DNA of 64,000 nt from an uncultured Actinomycetota bacterium (GTDB lineage: Bacteria > Actinomycetota > Actinomycetes > Streptosporangiales > Streptosporangiaceae). Made by a program: the position numbers and the translations under genes. Positions 46,349 through 55,801 of the stretch are shown piece by piece (the first letter of the stretch is position 1; each line of letters begins with the position of its first letter). The notes under the pieces are model-generated. The model did no database searches, was not told where the DNA came from, and worked only from the letters and a program-made list of their open reading frames with translations. The stretch lies in NCBI GenBank assembly GCA_963851085.1, contig CAWKNX010000003.1, positions 261,318 through 325,317 on the forward strand, written 5' to 3'.

Positions 46349-47919
46349 CCGGATCGTCGTCGCTGAACGCGGCGCGCAGGGCGCGGGAGCTCGCCGACCT
46401 CGCAGACCACGCCCGGGTCGACGTTCTCGTCGTCGGCGGCGGCATCACGGGCGCTGGAGCGGCACTCGACGCCGCCTCACGCGGGCTGTCCGTCGTGCTC
46501 GCAGAACGCCACGATCTGGCCTTCGGCACGAGCAGGTGGAGCTCCAAGCTGGTGCACGGGGGGCTCCGTTATCTCGCCCGCGGCGACTTCGCGATCGCCT
46601 ACGAGAGCGCGGTGGAACGTGGGCTGATCATGACGACGCTCGCGCCGCACCTGAGCCGCGCGCTGCCGATGATGCTGCCCTGGCTGCCAGGCCAGAGCCG
46701 CCGTGCACGCGGGGTCATCATCGCCGGCCTGATGGCTGGCGACGTCCTGCGCCGTGCGGCCCGCACCACGCGGCACACCTTGCCCCGCGGCCGCAGCCTG
46801 ACCAGGACCGAAGTGGCCGCCCTGGTGCCGTGCCTGCGCCGCGACGTGACCGGCGGCGTGCTCTCATGGGACGGCCAGCTCACCGACGACGCCCGTCTCG
46901 TTGTCGCGGTGGCCCGCACCGCGGCCGTGTCCGGCGCGCGCATCCTGACCAGGTGCGATGCCTCGGACGTGGCCGGTGACGGTGCGGTTCTCACCGACCG
47001 CCTGACCGGTCAGGCGGTCCGGGTGCGGGCGGCGGCCGTGATCAACGCGACCGGGGTCTGGGCGGGTGAGCTCGCGCCGGGTGTGGAACTGCGGCCGAGC
47101 CGCGGGACCCATCTCGTGCTGCCCGACGCGGTGCTGCGCGGGCTCGGGGCCGGACTGTTCATCCCGGTGCCCGGCGAGCGCGCGCGGTTCGTCTTCGCGC
47201 TGCCGGTGCCGGGGGAGCGGCGGGTCTACGTCGGGATCACCGACGAGCCCGCGCAGGGCACGCCGCTGGACGAGCCGCAGCCCACGGAAGGGGAGATCAC
47301 GTTCCTGCTCGGTGTGCTCGGCAGCGTGCTCGACGTCGGGATCCGCCGTGACCACGTCATCGGCGCCTTCACGGGCCTGCGCCCACTGCGCGCTGGGCGC
47401 GAGGGTGCGACCGCGGATCTGTCGCGGCGGCACGCCGTGCTCACCTCACCCGATGGCATCATCACGGTCGTCGGCGGCAAGCTCACGACCTACCGGCGGA
47501 TGGCGCAGGACGCCGTCGACGCGGCACTGCGCAGCGCGCCGCTCGCCCGCTGCGCGGCCGGCCGCGCCGCCGGCCCGTGCCGGACACGGACGCTGCCGCT
47601 GGTCGGCGCGGCCGCCCCGCGTGAACTGTCCCGGGTGCGGGCGCCCCGGATGCTCGTGGCCCGCTACGGCACGGAAGCGCCTGGCGTGCTCGCGCTGGCC
47701 GGCGAGGATCCGTCCCTTGCCGATCCGATCGCGGACGGGCTCCAGGTGACCGGCGGTGAGCTCGTTTTCGCGCTCAGGCATGAAGGTGCCCTGGACGAAG
47801 CCGACCTGCTTGACCGCCGGACGCGGATCGGCCTCGTGCCCGCGGACGCGCTGCGCGCGCGTCCGGCCGTTACCCGGATCCTGGCCGGTCAGCCCGGTCC
47901 CCGAACGCCCCTCGCCTGA
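46345..47919 (+). CDS. glpD: FAD-dependent glycerol-3-phosphate dehydrogenase
   Basis: GTG at 46345 overlaps the TetR stop (GTGA). Motifs are DVLVVGGGITGAGAALDAASRGL, GTSRWSSKLVHGGLRYL and GGKLTTYRRMA. Confidence 0.9.
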   Translation: MTGSSSLNAARRARELADLADHARVDVLVVGGGITGAGAALDAASRGLSVVLAERHDLAFGTSRWSSKLVHGGLRYLARGDFAIAYESAVERGLIMTTLAPHLSRALPMMLPWLPGQSRRARGVIIAGLMAGDVLRRAARTTRHTLPRGRSLTRTEVAALVPCLRRDVTGGVLSWDGQLTDDARLVVAVARTAAVSGARILTRCDASDVAGDGAVLTDRLTGQAVRVRAAAVINATGVWAGELAPGVELRPSRGTHLVLPDAVLRGLGAGLFIPVPGERARFVFALPVPGERRVYVGITDEPAQGTPLDEPQPTEGEITFLLGVLGSVLDVGIRRDHVIGAFTGLRPLRAGREGATADLSRRHAVLTSPDGIITVVGGKLTTYRRMAQDAVDAALRSAPLARCAAGRAAGPCRTRTLPLVGAAAPRELSRVRAPRMLVARYGTEAPGVLALAGEDPSLADPIADGLQVTGGELVFALRHEGALDEADLLDRRTRIGLVPADALRARPAVTRILAGQPGPRTPLA

Positions 47920-48055
47920 GCCAAGCGGCCGGCGTCGTGTCCTCGCGTACGCCAGGAACGTCTGACCCCTGCGGTCCACGACGGAATGTGATGAAACAAG
48001 ACGAGAGGTGGTATTTCAAACCTAGAACAATCAGCCTTCGTACTACGGTCACGCC

Positions 48056-48643
48056 ATGGCCTCCAAGACTGCGGTAAGCGTCTTCACCCTGCGGTGTGAA
48101 CTGGACCGCGATGACGTACGCGACGTAATGGCGGCCTCCAGGCTCCTGACGATCCTCCGGCGGTCGTGGATGGTCGCGTGCGCCGTCCTCGTGGCCCTGT
48201 TGGCCGAACTGCTTCTGCTGCTGCGGCTCGTGATCTCCCGGCCGGCGGACCATGCGGCATTTCATGGCCCGGTCAGGCTCGAACTGGGTGTTGGGGCAGC
48301 CTTCTGCGTACTCCTTGTGTGCTGGTCCGTGCTCCGCGTCTGGCGCCTGTCACCGGGCCCGCAGGCTGGCGACGCGCTGGCCCGCGGCGTCTGGCAGCGC
48401 GGGCCGCACCAGTACGAACTGTCCGCGGACGGGGTGACGTGGCGGGCGCCTGATCGCTCGCTCGCGTTTGTGCCGTGGTCGGTGTTCACCGGGATGCGCG
48501 AGACAGAGCGCCTGTTCCTCCTCCTTGACCAGCACGGCCGCCACGTGCGCGGTTTCATACCGAAACGCGGCATTGACGACCCTGTGCGCGTGGCCGAACT
48601 CGGCAGGTTCGTGCGCGGGAGCATCCGGGCCGCGTCCTCCTGA
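48056..48643 (+). CDS. YcxB-like membrane protein
   Basis: Two central TM helices are followed by YELSADGVTWRAPDRSLAFVPWSVFTGMRETERLFLLLDQHGRHVRGFIPKRG. The family call is from memory. Confidence 0.4.
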   Translation: MASKTAVSVFTLRCELDRDDVRDVMAASRLLTILRRSWMVACAVLVALLAELLLLLRLVISRPADHAAFHGPVRLELGVGAAFCVLLVCWSVLRVWRLSPGPQAGDALARGVWQRGPHQYELSADGVTWRAPDRSLAFVPWSVFTGMRETERLFLLLDQHGRHVRGFIPKRGIDDPVRVAELGRFVRGSIRAASS

Positions 48644-48793
48644 CCGGGCCACACCGGTAGCCCCACCCGCGTCCCGCGGATACCCGCATCTGGGCGGCGG
48701 CCGGCCCGGGACTACGCCGCGAGGGCTGGACGACGAGAGCATCGAGGCCCTGTACCGGGACACCTTCCGGGCCACCACTAAGGAGGACGCACT

Positions 48794-48955
48794 ATGACCG
48801 CCGTCCTGCAGTCGCGGGGACTCGGCAAGCGGTACCGGCAGCGGTGGGCGCTGACCGACTGCACGCTGCGCATTCCCGCCGGGAATGTCGTCGGGCTGGT
48901 CGGCCCCATCGCCAGGCATGTGGGCGGCGCCGCAGCGTACGATCAGGTGTCATGA
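48794..48955 (+). pseudogene. 5' remnant of an ABC transporter ATP-binding protein
   Basis: aggagg is followed by an ATG. MTAVLQSRGLGKRYRQRWALTDCTLRIPAGNVVGLVGP stops exactly where Walker A (GPNGAGKS) should continue. It is then out of context, and its TGA overlaps the cutA ATG. Confidence 0.55.
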
Positions 48956-49371
48956 CGGGCCAGGCCCAGGACGCTCGCGGCGGCGACGCGGCGTCTGCCC
49001 AGGACGTTCCGCTCCCGGGGGCCACAGCGTCCCCGCTACCTGCGGAGTTCATCCAGGTGCAGACCACGACAGATTCCCGTGCCGAGGCGGTGGAACTCGC
49101 CCGCGCCGCGGTGGCGGCGAGGCTCGCCGCCTGTGCTCAGGTGGCGGGACCGATTGCGAGTACTTACTGGTGGGAGGGGGAGATGGAGCGGGCAGAGGAG
49201 TGGCTGGTGATGCTGAAGCTCCCCGCCGACCGCTATGCCGACCTTTCCGCCCTGCTTACCAGGCTGCACAGCTACGACGAGCCGGAGATCATCGCGACAC
49301 CCATCTGTGCGGGCTCAGCTGGTTACCTTGGCTGGATTCGTGACGAGACGAGGCAGCCCGATACGACCTGA
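48952..49371 (+). CDS. cutA: Divalent-cation tolerance protein CutA
   Basis: FIQVQTTTDSRAEAVELARAAVAARLAACAQVAGPIASTYWWEGEMERAEEWLVMLK..LHSYDEPEIIATPI matches the CutA1 pattern. Confidence 0.85.
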   Translation: MTGQAQDARGGDAASAQDVPLPGATASPLPAEFIQVQTTTDSRAEAVELARAAVAARLAACAQVAGPIASTYWWEGEMERAEEWLVMLKLPADRYADLSALLTRLHSYDEPEIIATPICAGSAGYLGWIRDETRQPDTT

Positions 49372-49428
49372 CCGGTTTGGGCATGGTTACCTTGGAACAG
49401 AATTCCGTTCTACGAGGGGGCCGATGCC

Positions 49429-50316
49429 ATGGCCATGCCGGATGGGCCGCTGCATCCACGCCACGAAGTCCGCACCGACGATGGCCTGTTCGGCCCCGGT
49501 TCCATCACGTGGCGGATCATGGGCGAACCGATCATGTGGGTGGCCGGATTCCGCGCGCTCTACCTTCAGGCGCTGCACCCGCGCACGATGCGTGGCACCT
49601 GGCAGAACACGGCTTTGATCGATCCGAAGGAAGCCTGGAGCCGGCTCGCGCGGACGACCGCCTACGTGCGGGTCCGCACTTTCGGCAACCTGGCCGACGT
49701 AGACCGGGCCGGGCGCCGCGTCCGAAAGATCCACGCATCGCTCACCGGTGTCGACCCCGATGGCACCAGGTTCCGCATCGACGAGCCGGAGCAGTTGCTC
49801 TGGGTGCACTGCGGTGAGATCGGGTCCTACGTGGACATCGCGCGGCGCAGTGGCATGCCGCTGTGCGTTCACGACCTGGACAGATTCGTGGATGAGCAGC
49901 GCAGATCCGCGGCGGTCGTCGGCCTGGACCCTGCGGACGTGCCGGCCTCGGCGGCCGAGCTCGCCGCCTATTTCGAGAACATGCGGCCGAAACTGCATGC
50001 CTGCGACGAGGCAAAGCAGGCGCTGCGGCTGTCCTTCAACCCGGCGGTACCCCGGGCGCTGCTTGCGCTCAAGCTCATTGCGCCGCCGGTCAACACGCTC
50101 GCCTTTGCGACACTGCCCCGGTGGGCACGCAGGATGTACGGTGCGCCTGGAAATCCGCTGACCGACCTGGCCGCCACGGCGACCCTGACCACGCTGCAGC
50201 GGGCGCTGCGCGGCCTGCCCGAGCGGGTCCGCTACACACCGCCCGTGCGGGAGGCGCGGCGGCGCATCCGTGAGTACGAGCAGCTACAGTGGCAGCGGTT
50301 GCGAGCGGTCTCCTGA
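49429..50316 (+). CDS. DUF2236 (MpaB-type oxygenase) family protein
   Basis: GSITWRIMGEPIMWVAGFRALYLQALHPRTMRG and LLWVHC are typical of DUF2236. Confidence 0.7.
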   Translation: MAMPDGPLHPRHEVRTDDGLFGPGSITWRIMGEPIMWVAGFRALYLQALHPRTMRGTWQNTALIDPKEAWSRLARTTAYVRVRTFGNLADVDRAGRRVRKIHASLTGVDPDGTRFRIDEPEQLLWVHCGEIGSYVDIARRSGMPLCVHDLDRFVDEQRRSAAVVGLDPADVPASAAELAAYFENMRPKLHACDEAKQALRLSFNPAVPRALLALKLIAPPVNTLAFATLPRWARRMYGAPGNPLTDLAATATLTTLQRALRGLPERVRYTPPVREARRRIREYEQLQWQRLRAVS

Positions 50317-50373
50317 GCCCGGACACGCCGCGCTGACCAGGATATGCGGTCGGCGCACTCTCGGCCGGCGCGC

Positions 50374-51480
50374 TCAGACCTGGGCTTCCCGCAGCGTGCG
50401 AGCGGTGTCCTCGGGCAGGATGTCGTTGATGAAGGCGCCCATCGCCGCCTCCGAGCCCGCCAGGTATTTGAGCTTGCCCGGCGCACGCTGTGCGGAGTGC
50501 ACCTGGAGGTGCAGATAACCGAGTTCGCGGTCGATGCGGACCGGGGCTTGATGCCACGCGGAAATGTACGGGATCGGCGAATCGTAGAGTGACGCCATCC
50601 GGCGCAGCACGTCGAGGTAGATGTGGCAGAAATCCGTGCGCTCCGCCTCGCCCAGGTCGGGTAGCCCGGTTACCTGGCGATTCGGATAGAGGTGGACCGC
50701 GAGCGGCCAGTGGGCGGCGAAGGGCACGAATGCCGTCCAGTATTCGGTGCGGGTGACAATCCGTTCACCGCTCCGCATCTCCTCGGCCAGCAGATCCGCG
50801 AACAGATTGCGCCAGGTTCGCTCGCGGTAGCCGCGCGCGGTGGCCATCATCCGCCGGGTGCGCGGCGTCACGAACGGATAGGCGTAGATCTGCCCGTGCG
50901 GATGGCGCAAGGTGACGCCGATCTCCTTGCCGTAATTCTCGAAACAGAAGACCTGCTCCACACCCGGCAGGGCCGACAGGGCGACGGTCCGGTCCACCCA
51001 CGCTTCGAGCACGGTCCGCATCCGCTCGGGCGGCAGGGCTGCGAGCGAGGCATTGTGGTCTGAGGTGTAACACACGACCTCACACCGCCCCACCGCGGGC
51101 TGTCCCGCGTGCAGGGCGGGCGGTATCGCGTCGGCACCCGCGGCCGGCGTCCCCGCTTCTTGCGCCGCGCCTGAGTAGGAGAAGGTCGGGAAGCGGTTCT
51201 CGAAGACAACGACGTCATAGCCGCTCGACGGGATCTCGGTATGCCTGCCCTCGGCGGAGGGGCAGAGCGGGCACTGGTCGTCGGGCGGAAGGTACGTCCG
51301 GTCCTGGCGGTGGCCGGCCACCGCCACCCACTCGTCAAGCGTGGCATCGTATCTCAAGCCGCCGCTGGTGGGCCGGACTGCAATCTGGCGCGGGTCGATG
51401 ACGTTTCTTGTCGCCGTGTCGGATTCGTCAAAGTAGATGAGTTCCCTGCCGTCAGACAGGCGCATCTGCGTCTTCCTCAT
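50374..51480 (-). CDS. galT: Galactose-1-phosphate uridylyltransferase
   Basis: It has the CPLCP zinc motif and the active-site HPHGQIYAYPFVTP. Confidence 0.9.
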   Translation of the reverse strand: MRKTQMRLSDGRELIYFDESDTATRNVIDPRQIAVRPTSGGLRYDATLDEWVAVAGHRQDRTYLPPDDQCPLCPSAEGRHTEIPSSGYDVVVFENRFPTFSYSGAAQEAGTPAAGADAIPPALHAGQPAVGRCEVVCYTSDHNASLAALPPERMRTVLEAWVDRTVALSALPGVEQVFCFENYGKEIGVTLRHPHGQIYAYPFVTPRTRRMMATARGYRERTWRNLFADLLAEEMRSGERIVTRTEYWTAFVPFAAHWPLAVHLYPNRQVTGLPDLGEAERTDFCHIYLDVLRRMASLYDSPIPYISAWHQAPVRIDRELGYLHLQVHSAQRAPGKLKYLAGSEAAMGAFINDILPEDTARTLREAQV

Positions 51481-52286
51481 CAGGCGTCCTGGCCGCGGTC
51501 AGCGGCAACCGGCACCACCTGAAGATCAGCCACGTGCTCCGCGAGCACGGTGCGCGCTTCATTGCTGATCAGACTGTCTGTGACAAGCGTGCTCACCGCC
51601 TCGAGCGGCGCTATCTGGCTCAATCCGATCACCCCCCACTTTGTGTGGTCCGCCACCACGATCAGCCGCCGGGCGGAATCGACGAACGCCCGGTTGGTCT
51701 CGGCCTCGGTCAGGTTGGGTGTGGTCAGCCCGGCCCGCACATCGATCCCGTGCACGCCCATGATGACGACGTCGAAATGGAGCGAGCGGATAGTAGACAC
51801 AGCTACGGCCCCGACCAGCGCCTCTGACGGCGTTCGCACGCCCCCGGTCAGGACGACGGTGAGATCCGCGCGCTCGTTCTGGTAGAGAACCTCGGCGACC
51901 TTGATCGAGTTCGTGACGACGGTGAGGTTCGGGACGTTCCTGAGGTGCCTCGCGAGTGTCCATGTGGTCGTGCCCGCGGTGAGCGCCACGGCCGACCCTG
52001 GCTGGATGAGCGCGGCCGCCAGCGCGGCGATCGCCTCCTTTTCCCGCGGCTCGCGGATCGACTTCGCGGCGAAGCCTGGCTCGTCGGTGCTCCCGTATTC
52101 GATCGTCGTCGCCCCGCCGTGGACCTTGGCGATGAGTCCCTGCCGGGCGAGTGCCTCCAGATCCCGCCTGATCGTCATGTCCGAGACACCGAGCATCTGG
52201 CTGAGGTCGCTGACCCGGACACCACCGGCCTGCTTGACCTGCTCGAGAATCTTTGCCTGCCGCATGGCGGCGAGCATGATGAACAT
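51480..52286 (-). CDS. DeoR family transcriptional regulator
   Basis: Start is MFIMLAAMRQAKILEQV at 52286. The HTH is VRVSDLSQMLGVSDMTIRRDLEAL, followed by a DeoR C-terminal sensor domain. Confidence 0.85.
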   Translation of the reverse strand: MFIMLAAMRQAKILEQVKQAGGVRVSDLSQMLGVSDMTIRRDLEALARQGLIAKVHGGATTIEYGSTDEPGFAAKSIREPREKEAIAALAAALIQPGSAVALTAGTTTWTLARHLRNVPNLTVVTNSIKVAEVLYQNERADLTVVLTGGVRTPSEALVGAVAVSTIRSLHFDVVIMGVHGIDVRAGLTTPNLTEAETNRAFVDSARRLIVVADHTKWGVIGLSQIAPLEAVSTLVTDSLISNEARTVLAEHVADLQVVPVAADRGQDA

Positions 52287-52645
52287 CCTTTCTTCGGACG
52301 AGCCCCGGTTGCTGCGGCCGCCTGCCCCGGTCCGCGGCTGCCTTCTTATCTCCGCTTTCTCCGTTTTGCTGGTTTCCACCCGTCACGGGCAGCGTGCCCG
52401 ATTAAAGCGACCAGAGTCAACACTAACGAACAGCTTGCTTGTTCGGCTGGACCGTCAAATCCGCGCTGCAGTTCCGCGAGGTACCTCCTGGAAGCATTCT
52501 CCGACGGGCCGTGGCAACGTGCTCGGACAGTCCCCGCAGTGATCGCGCGGGCCGCCGAACGCAGGAGCCTGGACTGTGTGAGGACATGCTCGGAAGACGC
52601 GAACATGATTGAGCTTGTTCGATTCCTGATGCGGGTGTGCCGCCG

Positions 52646-53335
52646 TTACCGTGGCACGGGAATGTTCCACCCGGTGATCACCGGTTCACCGTGCTCGGTG
52701 CCGAGAGTCGAGTACGTCCCCGTGTCGAGGTGGAACAGACGGCCTCCCGATGGCGTCAGGCCGAGCCAGCGCGCGGTGAGCACCCGCAGCACGTGGCCGT
52801 GCGCCACAATCACGACATCGCCGGGTTCGTGGGGCGCGCCGCCGGGTTCGTGGGGCGCGCCGCCGGGTTCGTGGGGCGCGCCGCCGCAGTCGTGGGGCGC
52901 GCCGCCGGCACCGGCCAGCGGGCGCACCCGGCGCAGTACGGCGTCCGCGCGCGCGCCGACCTGCTCGACAGTCTCGCCCGGATGGTCCGCATCGCCAGGG
53001 ATCACGCCGTCGCGCCACAGGTACCAGCCAGGGCGCTGCGCCCTGATCTGTTCCGTGGTGCGCCCTTCGTATCCGCCGTAATCCCATTCCCACAGGTCGG
53101 GGTCCTGCTTAGCGCCGTCGAGACCGGCCAGCTTCGCGGTCCGCACCGCGCGCTCCGCGGGGCTGGTGAATACGGCGAGGATCTTCCGCGCCGCGAGCGG
53201 CTGGGCGAGTGCCGCCGCCTGCGCCTCTCCGCGAGCGGTGAGCGGCACGTCGGTCCTGCCGGTGTGCCGGCCCGCGGCGCTCCACTCGGTCTCGCCGTGC
53301 CTGAGCAGAATCAGCTCTCCCATATCCTCCATCAT
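52646..53335 (-). CDS. Histidine phosphatase (phosphoglycerate-mutase-like) family protein
   Basis: The RHG motif is LILLRHGETEWS, and the C-terminus has VIVAHGHVLRVL. It carries a GAPHEPG x4 insertion. Confidence 0.85.
   Translation of the reverse strand: MMEDMGELILLRHGETEWSAAGRHTGRTDVPLTARGEAQAAALAQPLAARKILAVFTSPAERAVRTAKLAGLDGAKQDPDLWEWDYGGYEGRTTEQIRAQRPGWYLWRDGVIPGDADHPGETVEQVGARADAVLRRVRPLAGAGGAPHDCGGAPHEPGGAPHEPGGAPHEPGDVVIVAHGHVLRVLTARWLGLTPSGGRLFHLDTGTYSTLGTEHGEPVITGWNIPVPR
52819..52906. repeat. 21-bp tandem repeat x about 4, inside the histidine phosphatase CDS
   Basis: ccgggttcgtggggcgcgccg starts at 52821, 52842 and 52863, with a degenerate copy at 52884. Confidence 0.85.
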
Positions 53336-53422
53336 CCGGTTTTCCAGAGCCTATTTGCGAACCCCTGCCCCACCAGCGAGGGTTCCCAAACAGGCTCTAG
53401 GCCGCTGTCCTACGGTGGGGGC

Positions 53423-54942
53423 ATGACGAGCATGACCCCCGAGGAGTTCCGCCGCTGCGGGCGGCAGGTGGTCGACTGGATCGCGGACTACTGGGAGCGG
53501 GTCGAGTCGCTGCCGGTCCAGTCGCGGGCATCCGCCGGGGAACTGCGCAAGCTGCTGCCCGCGCATCCGCCCGAGCAATCCGAGCCGTTTGACGCGGTGC
53601 TCGGCGACCTCGACCGCGTCGTGCTCCCCGGCGTCACGCACTGGCAGCATCCGCGGTTCTTCGGCTACTTCCCCTCCAACGTCTCCGGGCCCGCGGTGCT
53701 CGGCGATCTGATCTCGTCGGGTCTGGGCGTGCAGGGGATGCTCTGGGCGACAAGCCCTGCCTGCACCGAACTTGAGCAGCACATGCTCGACTGGCTCGCC
53801 GAGATGCTCGGGCTTCCCGGCCGGTTCAGGTCGGACGGGGCCGGTGGCGGTGTCATCCAGGACAGTGCCTCGAGCGCAGTGCTTGTGGCTCTCGCCGCGG
53901 CCTTGTACAAGGCGACCGGTGGCGCGTGGCGCACAGGTGGCGTAGCCGGTGCGGCTGGCCCGGCCGACTCCGCTGGCCCGGCCGGCTCCGGCGGCCCGTC
54001 GGCGCGGTACGGCGTCTACGTCTCCGAGCAGGCGCACTCGAGCGTGGAAAAGGCGGCCGTGGTCGCCGGGCTTGGTGAGCGGGCCCTGCGCAAGATCCGG
54101 GTCGAGCGGGAAACGCTCGCCATGGACGTGGGTCATCTGCGCGAATGCGTGGCGGCCGACCTCGCCGCCAGGGTGACCCCCGTGATGGTCGTGGCCACGG
54201 TCGGCACCACCTCCACCAACGCCATCGACCCGGTCCGCCCTATCGGTGAGGTGTGCCGCGCGAACGGGGTCTGGCTGCACGTGGACGCCGCCTACGCGGG
54301 CGTGGCCGCGGTCTGCCCCGAGTTTCGCTGGCTTAACGACGGCGTAGCCGGCTACGCCGACTCTTACGCCACCAATCTGCACAAGTGGCTGCTCACGAAC
54401 TTCGACTGCGACGCATTCTGGGTCGCCGACCGTGGCCCGCTGATCGCGGCCCTGTCCATCCTGCCGGAGTACCTGCGTAACGCGGCCACGGAATCCGGCC
54501 AGGTCACCGACTACCGTGACTGGCAGATCCCGCTCGGGCGCAGGTTCCGCGCGCTCAAACTATGGGCGGTGATCCGCTGCTACGGGGGGAAGGGCTCCGC
54601 GCGCACATCAGGGGCCACGTCGCCGCCGCCGCCGAATTCGCCGCCTGGATCGACGGCGACGAACGATTCGAGGTCGCCGCTCCACATCCGCTCTCCCTCG
54701 TCTGTTTCCGCCTGCGCCTGCCCGATCTCGCCCCGCCGCAGCAGGACGCGGCCAACATGGCGCTCATGGAGCAGCTGAACGACTCCGGTGAGCTCTTCCT
54801 CACGCACACGCGGATCGGCGGCAGGGTGGCACTGCGGCTTGCCATCGGTGGCACGTTCACCCAGGCGCGCCATGTGGAGCAGGCATGGGAGGCTATCCGC
54901 CGCGCCGCGGCCGGCCTGCGGCTGGCCGGAGAGCCTGCTTGA
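53423..54942 (+). CDS. Pyridoxal-dependent aromatic-L-amino-acid (tyrosine/DOPA) decarboxylase, one frame break at a G6 run
   Basis: Motifs are HWQHPRFFGYFPS, VATVGTTSTNAIDP and the lysine site SYATNLHKWLLTNFDC. The frame changes at gggggg 54584-54589: one more G restores LWAVIRCYGGEGLRAHIRGHV. Confidence 0.8.
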
Positions 54943-55129
54943 GAACCCTCGCTCGCCGCGAGCGGTGATCCAGGCGGTGGCTGGCAAGGCGGAGTGAGGG
55001 AGCATAGCCGGAGGTCCTACGTAACCGAGCGACAACGCAGCCAGCCGCCGTCTGGGCGCCGCGCCGCAGAGCACGGGGTTCTCAGGCAGGCTCTGAAAGC
55101 CTGCGCTGAGCCGGGCCGGTGGCAGCCGA

Positions 55130-55771
55130 TCAGCGGCTTTCGCCCTCTTCGAGGTAGACGCGTGACGCGTACTCCTCGAGCACCTGCTCGCATCGCCCGA
55201 GCGCGGAAACGGCCGCCGCCTGCCCGGACGCGCCAAGCACGTCGCGGGCCCGTACCTTGTCGAACCAGTTCCTCAGCTTCACGAGGTCTTCGTCGTTCTC
55301 CTCGAGTTCGGCGTACGTGAAATGCTCCGCCACGTACTCCTTTTCGACCTGCGCGACGAAGTCCTCACAGCGGTCGACGATCTCCTCGTACTCGTCGTCT
55401 CTTGCCGCGTTGAAGGCCCGCTCGATGTCCGCCTCGCCCGCGAGGACATCGGTGCTGAGCAGATACGCGGTACCACCCATCCCCGTGATCTCCTTGCGCA
55501 GCGCGCGCAGTGCCCGCTCCGCACCGACGGCGTGCGGCAGAGCCGCCGCCGAGTTCTGCACGTATATGGCGCCGAGGCCCTTGATGCGCCGCCACACGGC
55601 CGCGCGCAGCCTGGTCGGCTCGGCGGGCACCCGATAGATCAGCAGCAGCCATCTCCTGCCGTGGGCACCCGGATGCTCGCCCACGGGGCTGGCGCCGCCG
55701 GGCGGTCCCGGGTGCTCGCTCTCCGGGCTGACACTGCTGCCGCCCGCACCCGGCGTCTGCTGGCTAGCCAC
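55130..55771 (-). CDS. ChrB-domain protein
   Basis: RWLLLIYRVPAEPTRLRAAVWRRIKGLGAIYVQNSAAALP resembles the ChrB N-terminal domain. There is no chrA nearby. Confidence 0.6.
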   Translation of the reverse strand: MASQQTPGAGGSSVSPESEHPGPPGGASPVGEHPGAHGRRWLLLIYRVPAEPTRLRAAVWRRIKGLGAIYVQNSAAALPHAVGAERALRALRKEITGMGGTAYLLSTDVLAGEADIERAFNAARDDEYEEIVDRCEDFVAQVEKEYVAEHFTYAELEENDEDLVKLRNWFDKVRARDVLGASGQAAAVSALGRCEQVLEEYASRVYLEEGESR

Positions 55772-55801
55772 GGCCGATCACGGTCTCAGCATACGAGGAC
55801 G

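Noticed and set aside
52637-53422. 713-aa ORF extending the decarboxylase upstream
   Set aside because: The upstream 260 codons are antisense to the histidine phosphatase gene. The decarboxylase N-terminus (MTSMTPEEFRR..) begins at 53423.
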